Positions 1-9,698 of a stretch of DNA of 64,000 nucleotides are shown here, piece by piece; the first letter of the stretch is position 1; every line of letters begins with the position of its first letter. The position numbers and the translations under genes were made by a program. The notes beneath the pieces were generated by a model. It was not told the origin of the DNA and ran no database searches. It was given only the letters and a program-made list of their open reading frames with translations. This DNA comes from an uncultured Alphaproteobacteria bacterium (GTDB taxonomy: Bacteria > Pseudomonadota > Alphaproteobacteria > HIMB59 > GCA-002718135). Location of the stretch: NCBI GenBank assembly GCA_902570155.1, contig CACFXU010000006.1:7215-71214 (forward strand), read 5' to 3'.

Positions 1-366
1 AGCCCTATTTCGATTACTACTTTTGCTACATTATTTGGAGCGATAATATCATTACCTTTTTTATTCTATGATTTTATTAATTATGAGAATAATATTAATA
101 ATATTTCTTTAATTTCTATTATTTATTTAGGTGTTTTTCCAACAGCTATTGCATTTCATATGCGCTATCATATAGTTAAACAATCTGGTCCGGTTTTCTT
201 GTCTTATGTTGCCTATTTAATTCCTGTTTTTGCATTAATATGGGGATTCATATTTCTTTCTGAACAAATAGTATTTAGTTCTGTAGTCGGAATTATTTTA
301 GTTTTTATTGGTCTGTTTGTTGGGCAAAAAAGATCAATGAGTAAAATATCCGTAAAAAACATATAA
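1..366 (+). CDS. EamA/DMT-family transporter, C-terminal part (5' end lies outside the window)
   Basis: Frame 1 is open from nt 1 with no stop before 366. The translation is hydrophobic (LGVFPTAIAFHMRYHIVKQSGPVFLSYVAYLIPVFALIWGFIFLSE), typical of the second EamA repeat. Confidence 0.7.
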   Translation, partial: SPISITTFATLFGAIISLPFLFYDFINYENNINNISLISIIYLGVFPTAIAFHMRYHIVKQSGPVFLSYVAYLIPVFALIWGFIFLSEQIVFSSVVGIILVFIGLFVGQKRSMSKISVKNI

Positions 367-464
367 TACTAATAAAACAGCAATAAAAATTGACACATTT
401 TTGAAGTTAAAGTATTTCATTTATGGTTGAAATTTAATTTTTTATAGTCCAATATACTTTTATT

Positions 465-1829
465 ATGAGCGACTCAATTAAATACTTACTTGAAGAAAAT
501 AAAGCACCAAAGTTTTGGTATAATATTAATGCAGACTTACCAAGTCCACCACCACCACCATTACACCCTGGAACTAAACAACCAGCTGGTCCTGATGACT
601 TTGCTCCTTTATTTCCAATGAGTTTAATTATGCAAGAAGTTTCTACCGAAAGAGAAATAGAAATTCCTGAGCCAGTAAGAGAAGTATACAAACAATGGAG
701 ACCTTCTCCTTTATTTAGGGCAAGAAGGTTAGAAAAGTTTTTAGATACACCAGCTAAAATTTATTACAAATATGAAGGTGTTAGTCCTACAGGAAGTCAC
801 AAACCAAATACTGCAGTTCCGCAAGCATTTTTTAATAAAGAAGAAGGAATTAGTAAAATTTTTACTGAAACGGGCGCAGGTCAGTGGGGAAGTTCACTAG
901 CTTTTGCAGGTCAGATCTTTGGTATAGATATAGAAGTTTTCATGGTTAAGGTTAGTTTTGATCATAAACCTTACAGAAAATTAATGATGCAATCGTTCGG
1001 TGCTAACTGTCATGCTAGTCCATCTAATTTAACTGACTTTGGTAACAAGTTATTATCAGAAAATCCTGATAACCCTGGTAGTTTGGGAATAGCTATATCA
1101 GAAGCAATAGAAGCAACTGTTAAAAGTGGAGGTAAAGCAAAATACTCACTTGGAAGTGTTTTAGGCCACGTTCTAATGCATCAAACTATAAATGGTAATG
1201 AAGCTATTATGCAAATGGAGATGGCTGGAGATTATCCTGATATTATTGTTGGCTGTACAGGTGGTGGTAGTAATCTTTCTGGATTAATGTTTCCATTTTT
1301 AGGACAACAGTTAAGAGGTGGTCAAAAAATTGATATAATTGGTTGCGAGCCTGCATCATGTCCTTCATTTACTAAGGGTAAGTATGCTTATGATCATGGT
1401 GATATGGCAAAAATGACTCCATTAATTAAAATGCATACTCTTGGATCTGATTTCTTACCGCCTGCTAATCACTCTGGTGGATTAAGATACCATGGCATGT
1501 CTTATCATTTAAGCCACTTATATGAGTTAGGTCTGATGAGAGCAAAGGCTTACGGTCAAAAAGAATGTTTTGAAGCTGGTTTAACCTTTGCAAAACAAGA
1601 AGGAATTATTCCTGCTCCAGAAGGAAACCATGCAATCAAAGGCGCTATTGATGCAGCTTTAGAATGTAAAGAAAATGGCGAGTCAAAAACTATTCTCTTT
1701 AATTTATGTGGTCATGGATATTTTGATATGTCAGCTTATGATGATTATCTAAATGGATCAATGGCTGATGATGTTATTGATGATGATGGAATAGGTAAAT
1801 CTATTTCTCAAATACCAGAAGTAGCGTAA
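465..1829 (+). CDS. trpB2: TrpB-like PLP-dependent enzyme, TrpB2 subfamily (tryptophan synthase beta chain 2)
   Basis: 454 aa. N-terminal TrpB2-type extension (FWYNINADLPSPPPPPLHPG), PLP-lysine motif GSHKPNTA (Lys codon at 801-803) and GGGSN loop. Confidence 0.85.
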   Translation: MSDSIKYLLEENKAPKFWYNINADLPSPPPPPLHPGTKQPAGPDDFAPLFPMSLIMQEVSTEREIEIPEPVREVYKQWRPSPLFRARRLEKFLDTPAKIYYKYEGVSPTGSHKPNTAVPQAFFNKEEGISKIFTETGAGQWGSSLAFAGQIFGIDIEVFMVKVSFDHKPYRKLMMQSFGANCHASPSNLTDFGNKLLSENPDNPGSLGIAISEAIEATVKSGGKAKYSLGSVLGHVLMHQTINGNEAIMQMEMAGDYPDIIVGCTGGGSNLSGLMFPFLGQQLRGGQKIDIIGCEPASCPSFTKGKYAYDHGDMAKMTPLIKMHTLGSDFLPPANHSGGLRYHGMSYHLSHLYELGLMRAKAYGQKECFEAGLTFAKQEGIIPAPEGNHAIKGAIDAALECKENGESKTILFNLCGHGYFDMSAYDDYLNGSMADDVIDDDGIGKSISQIPEVA

Positions 1830-1875
1830 TTTAAGTTTAAATTTTTTTTTATTTAATTAAAGGTGTTTCTTGATT

Positions 1876-3090
1876 ATGGTTGAAATTAAACCTTTTAAAG
1901 GAACACGTCCTTACAACGAAGATGCAAAAAATTTAATTGCTCCCTCTACTGATCATTTAAGTATTGAAAATATAGAAATATTTAAAAAAAATAATTATTG
2001 GAATTATTTAAAAATTTTGAATCCTGTTGGGCAATTAAAAGAAGCAGATACTCTCTTAGAAGCTAAATCACATTTTAATGAAATGAAAGAAAATGACGTA
2101 ATTAAAAAAGATAAAGAATTATTTTATTACATTTATCAAATTGAATTTAAAGGCCATACTCAACTTGGTTTTTTATCTCTTTCTAAAATATCAGATTTCG
2201 TAGAAGAAAAAATTAAAGCGCATGAAAAAATTTATGAAACAAGGATGAGAGAAAGAGCAGAGCAAATGTTAAATATAAAAACACAAATTGGTCCTATTTA
2301 TGTGGTATATAACAAAAACAATAAGATAAAAGATTTATTATCCTCTATAACATCAAATACTCCAGACTATGATTTTGAAAGTTTTGATAAATCTGTTCAT
2401 AAACTTTGGTGTGTCTCTGATGAATCTTTCATCAAAAAGCTATCTTCTTTGTTTTTAAATGAGGTAGATAATTTTTATATTGCTGATGGACATCATAGAA
2501 TGGGTGCAATGAAAATTATTGGTGAATTAAATTATAATAAAAATATTTTACAAGAAGATTTTATGATAGCGGCGTTTCCAAGTGATGAGGCTAAAATATT
2601 TGATTATAATAGAGTTGTTAAAGATTTAAATGGTTTGAGTGAAGAAAATTTTTTAGACATTCTTTCTGAAAACTTCGAAATAAAAAAAGAAAAAAATCCT
2701 TTCAAACCTCAATCTAATAAACAATTTGGAATGTATCATGAAAAAAATTGGTATTCATTACATTTTAAAACTGAATTAAAAACTGATAATTTTGTTGATA
2801 CGCTAGATATTAATATTTTAAATAATTTTATTTTCAAAAAACATTTAAATATATCTGATGTTAACAATGATGAAAGAATAAGATTTATTGCCGGATGTCA
2901 TGGTTTGGAAGCTTTAGAAAAAAAAGTTGATGAAAATAATGATAGTGTGGCATTTTCTATCTTCCCATCTTCAATAAGTGATGTTATTACAGTCGCGAAT
3001 AAAAATTTGACTATGCCCCCTAAATCAACATGGTTTGATCCAAAACCTTTAGACGGCTTAGTAGTTTATGAGTTTGAAAAAAATGTATGA
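1876..3090 (+). CDS. DUF1015 family protein (function unknown)
   Basis: Begins MVEIKPFKGTRP and contains the ADGHHR motif (2482-2499), both as I remember for DUF1015. I prefer the ATG at 1876 over the TTG at 1870 because an AAAGGTG Shine-Dalgarno-like motif sits at 1859-1865. Confidence 0.75.
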   Translation: MVEIKPFKGTRPYNEDAKNLIAPSTDHLSIENIEIFKKNNYWNYLKILNPVGQLKEADTLLEAKSHFNEMKENDVIKKDKELFYYIYQIEFKGHTQLGFLSLSKISDFVEEKIKAHEKIYETRMRERAEQMLNIKTQIGPIYVVYNKNNKIKDLLSSITSNTPDYDFESFDKSVHKLWCVSDESFIKKLSSLFLNEVDNFYIADGHHRMGAMKIIGELNYNKNILQEDFMIAAFPSDEAKIFDYNRVVKDLNGLSEENFLDILSENFEIKKEKNPFKPQSNKQFGMYHEKNWYSLHFKTELKTDNFVDTLDINILNNFIFKKHLNISDVNNDERIRFIAGCHGLEALEKKVDENNDSVAFSIFPSSISDVITVANKNLTMPPKSTWFDPKPLDGLVVYEFEKNV

Positions 3091-4250
3091 ATAAACCTAA
3101 TAGTAAACCTAACAATCCAAATTTTTCAAGTGGACCAACTTCAAAAAGACCAGGCTGGGAAATATCTGTTTTGAGTAATGCTTTAACTGGTAGGTCTCAC
3201 AGATCTGTTGAATGTAAAGCTAGATTAAAAGAAGCAATAGATAAATCTAAAGATATTCTTAAATTACCTGATGATTATTTATTGGGTATCATGCCTGGAT
3301 CAAACACAGGTGCTTTAGAAGCTGCTATGTGGTGCCTTTTAGGTAAAACAGGAGTCGATATTCTTGCATGGGAAAATTTTGGTAAAGATTGGGTAATCGA
3401 TGCAATCAGTGAATTAAAATTAGATAATTTAAATATTCATGAAGAAGATTATGGGAAACTACCTGACCTAAGCAAAGTCAATTTTGATAATGACGTTATT
3501 TTTACTTGGAATGGAACAACATCTGGTGTCAAAGTTCCAAATGGAGATTGGATACCTGATGACAGAAAAGGTCTAACAATTTGTGATGCAACTTCAGCAA
3601 TTTTTGGCATGCCTATAGATTATAATAAATGTGATGTTATAACTTGGTCTTGGCAAAAAATACTTGGAGGAGAGGCCGCTCATGGAATGATTGCAATTTC
3701 TCCACGCGTTGTTGAAAGATTAGAAAGTTTTACACCTAGCTGGCCAGTACCAAAATTATTTAGATTGGCTGAAAAACAAAAATTAATAAAAGGTATTTTT
3801 GAAGGAAATACAATTAACACACCATCAATGATATGTGTTGAGGATATTATTGATTCTTTAAACTGGGTTTCTTCTCAAGGAGGATTAAATTCATTAATCT
3901 CCAAATCTCAGAATTCTTTACAAAAAATCCGAGAATGGATTAATGAAAGAGATTGGGTTACTTTTTTATCTGAAATTGAAGATGAGAATTATATTTCAAA
4001 CACTGGGATAACTTTTAAAATTATTGAAGATTGGTTTACTAATAAAGATGAAAGTGGTCAAAGAGCTGTAATGGCTGACATTTGCAAATTACTCTCTGAT
4101 AATAATGTTGGATTTGATTGTAATGGATATCCAAAAGCGCCGCCTTCTTTTAGAATATGGGCTGGAGGCACGGTTCAAACTTCAGATGTAGAATTAGTTT
4201 TACCTTGGATAGATTGGGCCTATTCAGAGATTAAATCAAAACATGCCTAA
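3087..4250 (+). CDS. serC: Phosphoserine aminotransferase (alphaproteobacterial/archaeal-type SerC)
   Basis: 387 aa class-V aminotransferase fold (FSSGPTSKRPGW, GIMPGSNTGALEAAMW, SWQKILGGE with the PLP Lys). ATGA overlap with the upstream gene. Confidence 0.85.
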   Translation: MNKPNSKPNNPNFSSGPTSKRPGWEISVLSNALTGRSHRSVECKARLKEAIDKSKDILKLPDDYLLGIMPGSNTGALEAAMWCLLGKTGVDILAWENFGKDWVIDAISELKLDNLNIHEEDYGKLPDLSKVNFDNDVIFTWNGTTSGVKVPNGDWIPDDRKGLTICDATSAIFGMPIDYNKCDVITWSWQKILGGEAAHGMIAISPRVVERLESFTPSWPVPKLFRLAEKQKLIKGIFEGNTINTPSMICVEDIIDSLNWVSSQGGLNSLISKSQNSLQKIREWINERDWVTFLSEIEDENYISNTGITFKIIEDWFTNKDESGQRAVMADICKLLSDNNVGFDCNGYPKAPPSFRIWAGGTVQTSDVELVLPWIDWAYSEIKSKHA

Positions 4251-5181
4251 AGTACTAATATCAGATTCACTAGATAACATAGCATCTGAAATTTTAATAA
4301 AGAATAACATTTCAGTTGATACAAAAACAAACTTATCTCCTGAAGAATTAAAAAAAATAATTGATAACTATGATGGTTTAATCATTCGTTCTGCAACTAA
4401 AGTGCGAAATGATTTAATTGATTCTCTTTCAAATTTAAAAATTATAGGTAGGGCAGGGGCAGGAGTAGATAATGTTGATGTGGAAGCAGCTAAAAATAAA
4501 AATATTATCGTAATGAATACTCCAGGAGGAAATACAAATGCTACAGCAGAACACACAATTGGTTTAATTTTTGCATTACAAAGAAAAATTACTATTGCCA
4601 ATGAGACAACTCATAAGGGTCTTTGGGAAAAAAAGCAATTAAAAGGAAATGAAATTAAAGGCAAGAAAATTGGTATCTTAGGTTTTGGTAATGTAGGCAA
4701 AAGAGTTGCAGAAATATCAAATGTATTGGGAATGCACGTTTCAATATTTTCTTCATACTTTGAGACAATTAAGGATAACTATCCTGAATATAATTCTCGT
4801 TCTATCGATGAGATTATCAAAGAATCAGATATAATTTCTTTTCACTGTAAGCCCAACAAGGATGGAGGCCCGATTATTAATAAAAATCATCTATCACTAA
4901 TGAAAAAAAATTGTATTATTATCAATACCGCTAGAGGTAACTTAGTTGATGAAGATGATCTTAAAAATGCTCTAGAAAAAAAAGAAATCAAAGGTGCTGC
5001 ATTAGATGTTTTTAAAAATGAGCCTTTAGAAGAAAGTGGGTTTTATAATCTAGATAATATAATTTTAACTCCACATATTGCTGCTTCTACTGATGAAGCA
5101 CAAATAGTTGTAGCAGAAATGGTTGCTAACCAGTTTGTTGAATTTTTTAATAATAATAAAATTATAAATTCAGTTACTTAA
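4243..5181 (+). CDS. serA: D-3-phosphoglycerate dehydrogenase, short form without ACT domain (D-isomer 2-hydroxyacid dehydrogenase family)
   Basis: 312 aa. Rossmann motif GILGFGNVGKRVA, catalytic segment ARG...D and LTPHIAAST. Context directly after serC with an 8-nt overlap. Confidence 0.7.
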   Translation: MPKVLISDSLDNIASEILIKNNISVDTKTNLSPEELKKIIDNYDGLIIRSATKVRNDLIDSLSNLKIIGRAGAGVDNVDVEAAKNKNIIVMNTPGGNTNATAEHTIGLIFALQRKITIANETTHKGLWEKKQLKGNEIKGKKIGILGFGNVGKRVAEISNVLGMHVSIFSSYFETIKDNYPEYNSRSIDEIIKESDIISFHCKPNKDGGPIINKNHLSLMKKNCIIINTARGNLVDEDDLKNALEKKEIKGAALDVFKNEPLEESGFYNLDNIILTPHIAASTDEAQIVVAEMVANQFVEFFNNNKIINSVT

Positions 5182-7033
5182 TAAAAATTTCAGTTAAATT
5201 TTCTAAGTAAGCAGATGGATTTGAGAGAATATTACCATCTAATATATTAGCTTGATCTAAAATTAAATTTGAAGCTTTTTTATGGTCAATTTTTGTTAAA
5301 TTTTGAGATAAATTTACAATCATCGGATGGTTTGGATTAATTTCAAGTATCTTTTTTGAAACAGGAGTTTTTTGATTATGCATTTTCATTAGTTTTTCCA
5401 TATTTATATCCATCCCAGATTCTTCTGCAACAAGCAGAATTGGGCTTTTGGTTAATCTCTTAGATACAATAACATCAGATATAGTCTCTTTAAGCTCTGT
5501 TTTAAGTATGTTAATTAAATCATTGATTTTACTATCTATTTCTTTTTTATCTTCATCTTTCTTACTTGATTTTTCACCAACTTTTGAAACATCAACTTTA
5601 CCTTTGGTTATTGATTTAAATTCTAAATCTTTAAATTTATTTACATTTTGTATCCAAAACTCATCTACTGCATCAATCATAAACAAAACTGGTATCTTTT
5701 TATCAGTAAAAACTTCTAATTGAGGGGAGTTTTTAATATGATCTTTATCAGTATTAGCAAAATAATAAATTTCTTTTTGATCTTTAGCCATTAATTTAGT
5801 GTACTCTTCAAGAGATATTTTTTTATCATTTAAAGAATTTTCAAACCTCAATAGCGGTAAGATTTTTTCATGATGATCATTATGTTCGTATAACCCTTCT
5901 TTTAGTACAGGACCAAAATTATTCCAAAATGTTTCAAATTTATCCTTTTCTTTCTTAGCCAAGCTATCAATTTCACTTAAAATTTTATTTGTAATACCTT
6001 TTTTTATTTTTGTAATAATTGGATTATTTTGAAGCATTTCCCTACTTATATTTAGAGAAATATCTTGTGAGTCGACTACCCCTGGAATAAAACGTAACCA
6101 ATTAGGAATTATATCTTCACAATCATCAGTAATAAAAACTTTTTGAACATATAATTTTATTTTATTTTTCCTATCAGCATTGAATAAATCCATAGGTTGA
6201 TTTGTTGGAAAATACAGTAAAGCCTTATAACTAATAACACCCTCAGCATTATAATGAATAGTTTTTAAGGGATCATCAAAGTTAAATGAAATATTATTAT
6301 AAAATTGCTTATAGTCTTCCTCTTTTATATCTTTTTTATCTTTTAACCATAATGGACTACCTTCATTTATTTTTTCTTCTTTTTCTTTATCGTCAAGATC
6401 TTTAAGATAAATTGGGAAAGGAATATAATTTGAGTATTTTGTTATAATTGATCTTAAACGAAATGAATCTAAAAATTCATCAGCATCTTTCTTTATATTT
6501 AGTGTTATACAAGTGCCTCTTTTATCTTTTTTTGCATCTTCTATGGTATAATTTTCTTTTCCATTGGAAGACCAAAGATTTGTTTCTTCATTTTCAGCAT
6601 CTTTAGAAAGCACTTCAACATTGTCCGCAACCATATATGAGGAATAAAAACCAACACCAAACTGTCCAATTGCAGAAATATCATTACTTTTTTTATTTTT
6701 CATTGCTTCAATAAATTTACTAGTTCCTGATCTCGCTATAGTTCCTAAATTATCAATCAGTTCATTTTTAGACATTCCAATTCCATTATCTTCAATTTCT
6801 ATAATTTTTTTCTTTTTTGAAACTCTGATATTTATTTTTAAATCCTTTTCATCTTTTAGAAGATTTTTTTTGGAGAGTGATTGATATCTTAATTTTTCGC
6901 AGGCATCTGCAGAATTAGATATTAATTCTCTTAAAAATATTTCTCTTTCGCTATAAAGAGAATTAGCAACAAGATCTAAAAGCTTACTGACTTCAGCTTG
7001 AAATGTTAAATTTTCTTTAGTTTTTTCTGCCAT
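5174..7033 (-). CDS. htpG: Molecular chaperone HtpG (Hsp90)
   Basis: 619 aa. N-terminal GHKL ATPase motifs (LRELISNSADA, DNGIGM, IGQFGVGFYS). Confidence 0.95.
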   Translation of the reverse strand: MAEKTKENLTFQAEVSKLLDLVANSLYSEREIFLRELISNSADACEKLRYQSLSKKNLLKDEKDLKINIRVSKKKKIIEIEDNGIGMSKNELIDNLGTIARSGTSKFIEAMKNKKSNDISAIGQFGVGFYSSYMVADNVEVLSKDAENEETNLWSSNGKENYTIEDAKKDKRGTCITLNIKKDADEFLDSFRLRSIITKYSNYIPFPIYLKDLDDKEKEEKINEGSPLWLKDKKDIKEEDYKQFYNNISFNFDDPLKTIHYNAEGVISYKALLYFPTNQPMDLFNADRKNKIKLYVQKVFITDDCEDIIPNWLRFIPGVVDSQDISLNISREMLQNNPIITKIKKGITNKILSEIDSLAKKEKDKFETFWNNFGPVLKEGLYEHNDHHEKILPLLRFENSLNDKKISLEEYTKLMAKDQKEIYYFANTDKDHIKNSPQLEVFTDKKIPVLFMIDAVDEFWIQNVNKFKDLEFKSITKGKVDVSKVGEKSSKKDEDKKEIDSKINDLINILKTELKETISDVIVSKRLTKSPILLVAEESGMDINMEKLMKMHNQKTPVSKKILEINPNHPMIVNLSQNLTKIDHKKASNLILDQANILDGNILSNPSAYLENLTEIFIK

Positions 7034-7116
7034 TTTTGAAATTTAAGCATTCATATCTATAATTCAATAGTAAGCAATAATTTTTTGCCATATTTAAGAC
7101 TATATAAGTAAAAGTT

Positions 7117-7749
7117 ATGGTATTCAGATTTATAATGAAATTTGATAATTTTTTTAAATTATTATATATTGCGTTGTTATTTTTATATGCATGCACTTCA
7201 AATCAGTTAACAAATACTGCTGATAGTTGCATAATTTTTGATGAAAAGAAAAGCTGGTATAAAGCAACTAAAAATTCTTATGACAAATGGAATACCCCAA
7301 TTGCGTTCCAATTAGCAGTTATAAAACAAGAATCATCTTTTACTCAATTTGCAAAACCAAAAAGAAAAAAATTTTTGGGTTTTATACCAACATCTAGACC
7401 ATCAACTGCTTTTGGTTATGCACAAATAACAAATCCTACATGGGATTGGTATAAGAATAAAACTGGAAATCAAAATGCATCAAGGGCAAATTTTAAAGAT
7501 GTAACTGATTTTATTGGATGGTACACAACGCAGTCTGAAAATATGATTGGAATTTCAAAAAATGATTACTATAATCAATATTTAGCATACCATGAAGGTC
7601 AAAACGGATGGTCGAAAGAGTCATTTAAAAGTAAAGATTGGTTGATTGATGTTGCTAAAAATGTAGAAAGAAATACTAAGATGTTTAATAAACAACTAAA
7701 ACAATGCGAAGAAAAACTAAATAAAAAAGGTTTCTTCGGAATACTATAA
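7117..7749 (+). CDS. Putative lipoprotein with lytic-transglycosylase-like (SLT-like) core
   Basis: Signal peptide with a lipobox-like LYAC. VIKQESSF (candidate catalytic Glu-Ser), FGYAQIT and YLAYHEG resemble SLT motifs. An alternative start ATG lies at 7135. Confidence 0.5.
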   Translation: MVFRFIMKFDNFFKLLYIALLFLYACTSNQLTNTADSCIIFDEKKSWYKATKNSYDKWNTPIAFQLAVIKQESSFTQFAKPKRKKFLGFIPTSRPSTAFGYAQITNPTWDWYKNKTGNQNASRANFKDVTDFIGWYTTQSENMIGISKNDYYNQYLAYHEGQNGWSKESFKSKDWLIDVAKNVERNTKMFNKQLKQCEEKLNKKGFFGIL

Positions 7750-8927
7750 TGCCAATTTTAAACAGCATAAATCAAATGCAAGGTCAGATGACAGAATGGC
7801 GTCAGGATTTACATAAAATTCCTGAGATAGGCCTTCAAGAATTTGAAACATCAAAATATATCAAAAATAAGTTAAGTGAATTTAATATTAAATTTAAAGA
7901 TGGTTACGCTAATACAGGTGTTGTGGCTTGGGTAGATGGTAATGAGGTTACTAATGATAAGACAATTGGTTTAAGAGCAGATTTTGACGCTCTTCCTATG
8001 CCAGAACAAAATGAATTTAATCATAAATCTAAAAATAAAGGTATGATGCATGGTTGTGGTCACGATGGTCATACCACAATGCTTCTTGGAGCAGCGAAAT
8101 ATCTAAGTGAAAATAATAATTTTGATGGAAGAGTATATTTTATTTTTCAACCAGGAGAAGAGGGTTTTGCTGGAGGAGAAAAAATGATTCAAGATGGTAT
8201 GTTTAATGATTTTAAAATTGATGAAGTGTATGCACTTCATAATTGGCCTGAGTTACCTCTAGGTACGTTTGGTGTAAATAGTGGGCCAATGATGGCAGCA
8301 GTTGATGAGTTTGATATTACTGTAAAAGGTAAGGGTGGTCATGCTGCATCACCTCATCTAGCAATTGATCCCGTAGTGATTTCTGCACAAGTTATTTCTG
8401 CTGTTCAAACAATTATAAGTAGATCCACAGATCCTGTTGATAAAGCTCTTATAAGTATTACAAAAATTAATGCTGGCACAGCGTATAATGTAATTGACGA
8501 TCAAGTTAAAATGGGTGGGACCATTAGAACTTTTAGAAGAGAAACACGAGCATATATAGAGAAAAGATTAAATGAATTATGTAAAGGTATAGCCGATGCA
8601 CATGGCGCAGAAATAAAAATTGAGTTTGATTTAGTAAATAAATATCCACCTACTATTAATTCTAAAGAAGAAACAAAATTTGCTGCAAATGTAGCTAAAG
8701 ATTTAGTCGGTGATGATAAAGTTATTACTGATATTGACCCGTCAATGGGAGGAGAAGATTTTTCATATTTGTTAGAAAAAAAACCTGGTTCTTATCTTTA
8801 TCTTGGTCAAGGAGATGCAGAACATAGCGCTCATTTACATACAACAAAGTATGATTTTAATGATAATTTATTACCTATTGGTGTAAATTTTTGGGTGGAT
8901 CTTGTTCAAAAATACTTTTCTAAGTAA
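7749..8927 (+). CDS. M20-family amidohydrolase (hippurate hydrolase / N-acyl-amino-acid amidohydrolase type)
   Basis: 392 aa. MHGCGHDGH, GEEGFAGG and GGEDFSY motifs of the M20D group. Confidence 0.85.
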   Translation: MPILNSINQMQGQMTEWRQDLHKIPEIGLQEFETSKYIKNKLSEFNIKFKDGYANTGVVAWVDGNEVTNDKTIGLRADFDALPMPEQNEFNHKSKNKGMMHGCGHDGHTTMLLGAAKYLSENNNFDGRVYFIFQPGEEGFAGGEKMIQDGMFNDFKIDEVYALHNWPELPLGTFGVNSGPMMAAVDEFDITVKGKGGHAASPHLAIDPVVISAQVISAVQTIISRSTDPVDKALISITKINAGTAYNVIDDQVKMGGTIRTFRRETRAYIEKRLNELCKGIADAHGAEIKIEFDLVNKYPPTINSKEETKFAANVAKDLVGDDKVITDIDPSMGGEDFSYLLEKKPGSYLYLGQGDAEHSAHLHTTKYDFNDNLLPIGVNFWVDLVQKYFSK

Positions 8928-8933
8928 TCTTAA

Positions 8934-9698
8934 TTGATGTTAAATTTTAGTGCGATTTATTCAATAATCGCATTTAGAATAAAAGAATTTCTACAAGAGT
9001 ATCATTATTCTTTATTAGCCCCCGTAACTACAAATCTTCTATTTATATTAGTTTTTATAACAGTAGAAAATTATTACTCACTTTCTATGGATTCAGGTTC
9101 TTTCGTTGAATTTATTGCTCCTGGATTAATCATTATGATTGTTGCTCAGGAAAGTTACGATAATTCGTCTGCTACTTTAATTCATATGAAACAAATTGGT
9201 TCTTTAGATGATTGGTTAATGGCACCTATCTATAGGATTGAAATATTAATATCGTTAATATTCACATCTCTTATTATTGGAATTATTTTAGCACTGTTTA
9301 ATTTTTTTATATTTACTTTTTTAATAGATATTGAAATTTATAATTTTTTTTATTTTTTTTACTACTTATTTTTAGTTATAATATTTTTCTCATGTTTAGG
9401 ATGTTTCGTAGGAATAATTTTTAATTCATGGGATTCACAAAGTACATTCTCGAGCTTTTTTGTTGCGCCAATTAATTTTTTATCCGGAACCTTTTTTTCA
9501 ATAAATTATCTTCCTGATAATTTGAAGGCTATACTTTTATATAATCCTTACTATTATGTTGTAAGCTTTTTTAGGAATTCATTTAATAATGAATTTTCAT
9601 TTAATTTACTTGAAAATATCTTTATAATATTTTTTATTTTATTAACTTTGATTATTACATCATTTATTTTTTTTAAAGGTTTTAAAATTATTAAATGA
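8934..9698 (+). CDS. ABC-2 type transporter permease (no cognate ATPase adjacent)
   Basis: 254 aa with 6 predicted TM segments and a YadH/NodJ-like layout. TTG at 8934 is followed by ATG at 8937; either could be the start. Confidence 0.65.
   Translation: MMLNFSAIYSIIAFRIKEFLQEYHYSLLAPVTTNLLFILVFITVENYYSLSMDSGSFVEFIAPGLIIMIVAQESYDNSSATLIHMKQIGSLDDWLMAPIYRIEILISLIFTSLIIGIILALFNFFIFTFLIDIEIYNFFYFFYYLFLVIIFFSCLGCFVGIIFNSWDSQSTFSSFFVAPINFLSGTFFSINYLPDNLKAILLYNPYYYVVSFFRNSFNNEFSFNLLENIFIIFFILLTLIITSFIFFKGFKIIK

Noticed and set aside
7034-7116. A sigma-32 heat-shock promoter for htpG. On the minus strand the sequence reads ATTGAA, then 15 nt, then CTTAAAT.
   Set aside because: It resembles CTTGAA-N(13-17)-CCCCATNT only loosely and lacks the C-rich -10 element. 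Chance matches are likely in an AT-rich spacer.
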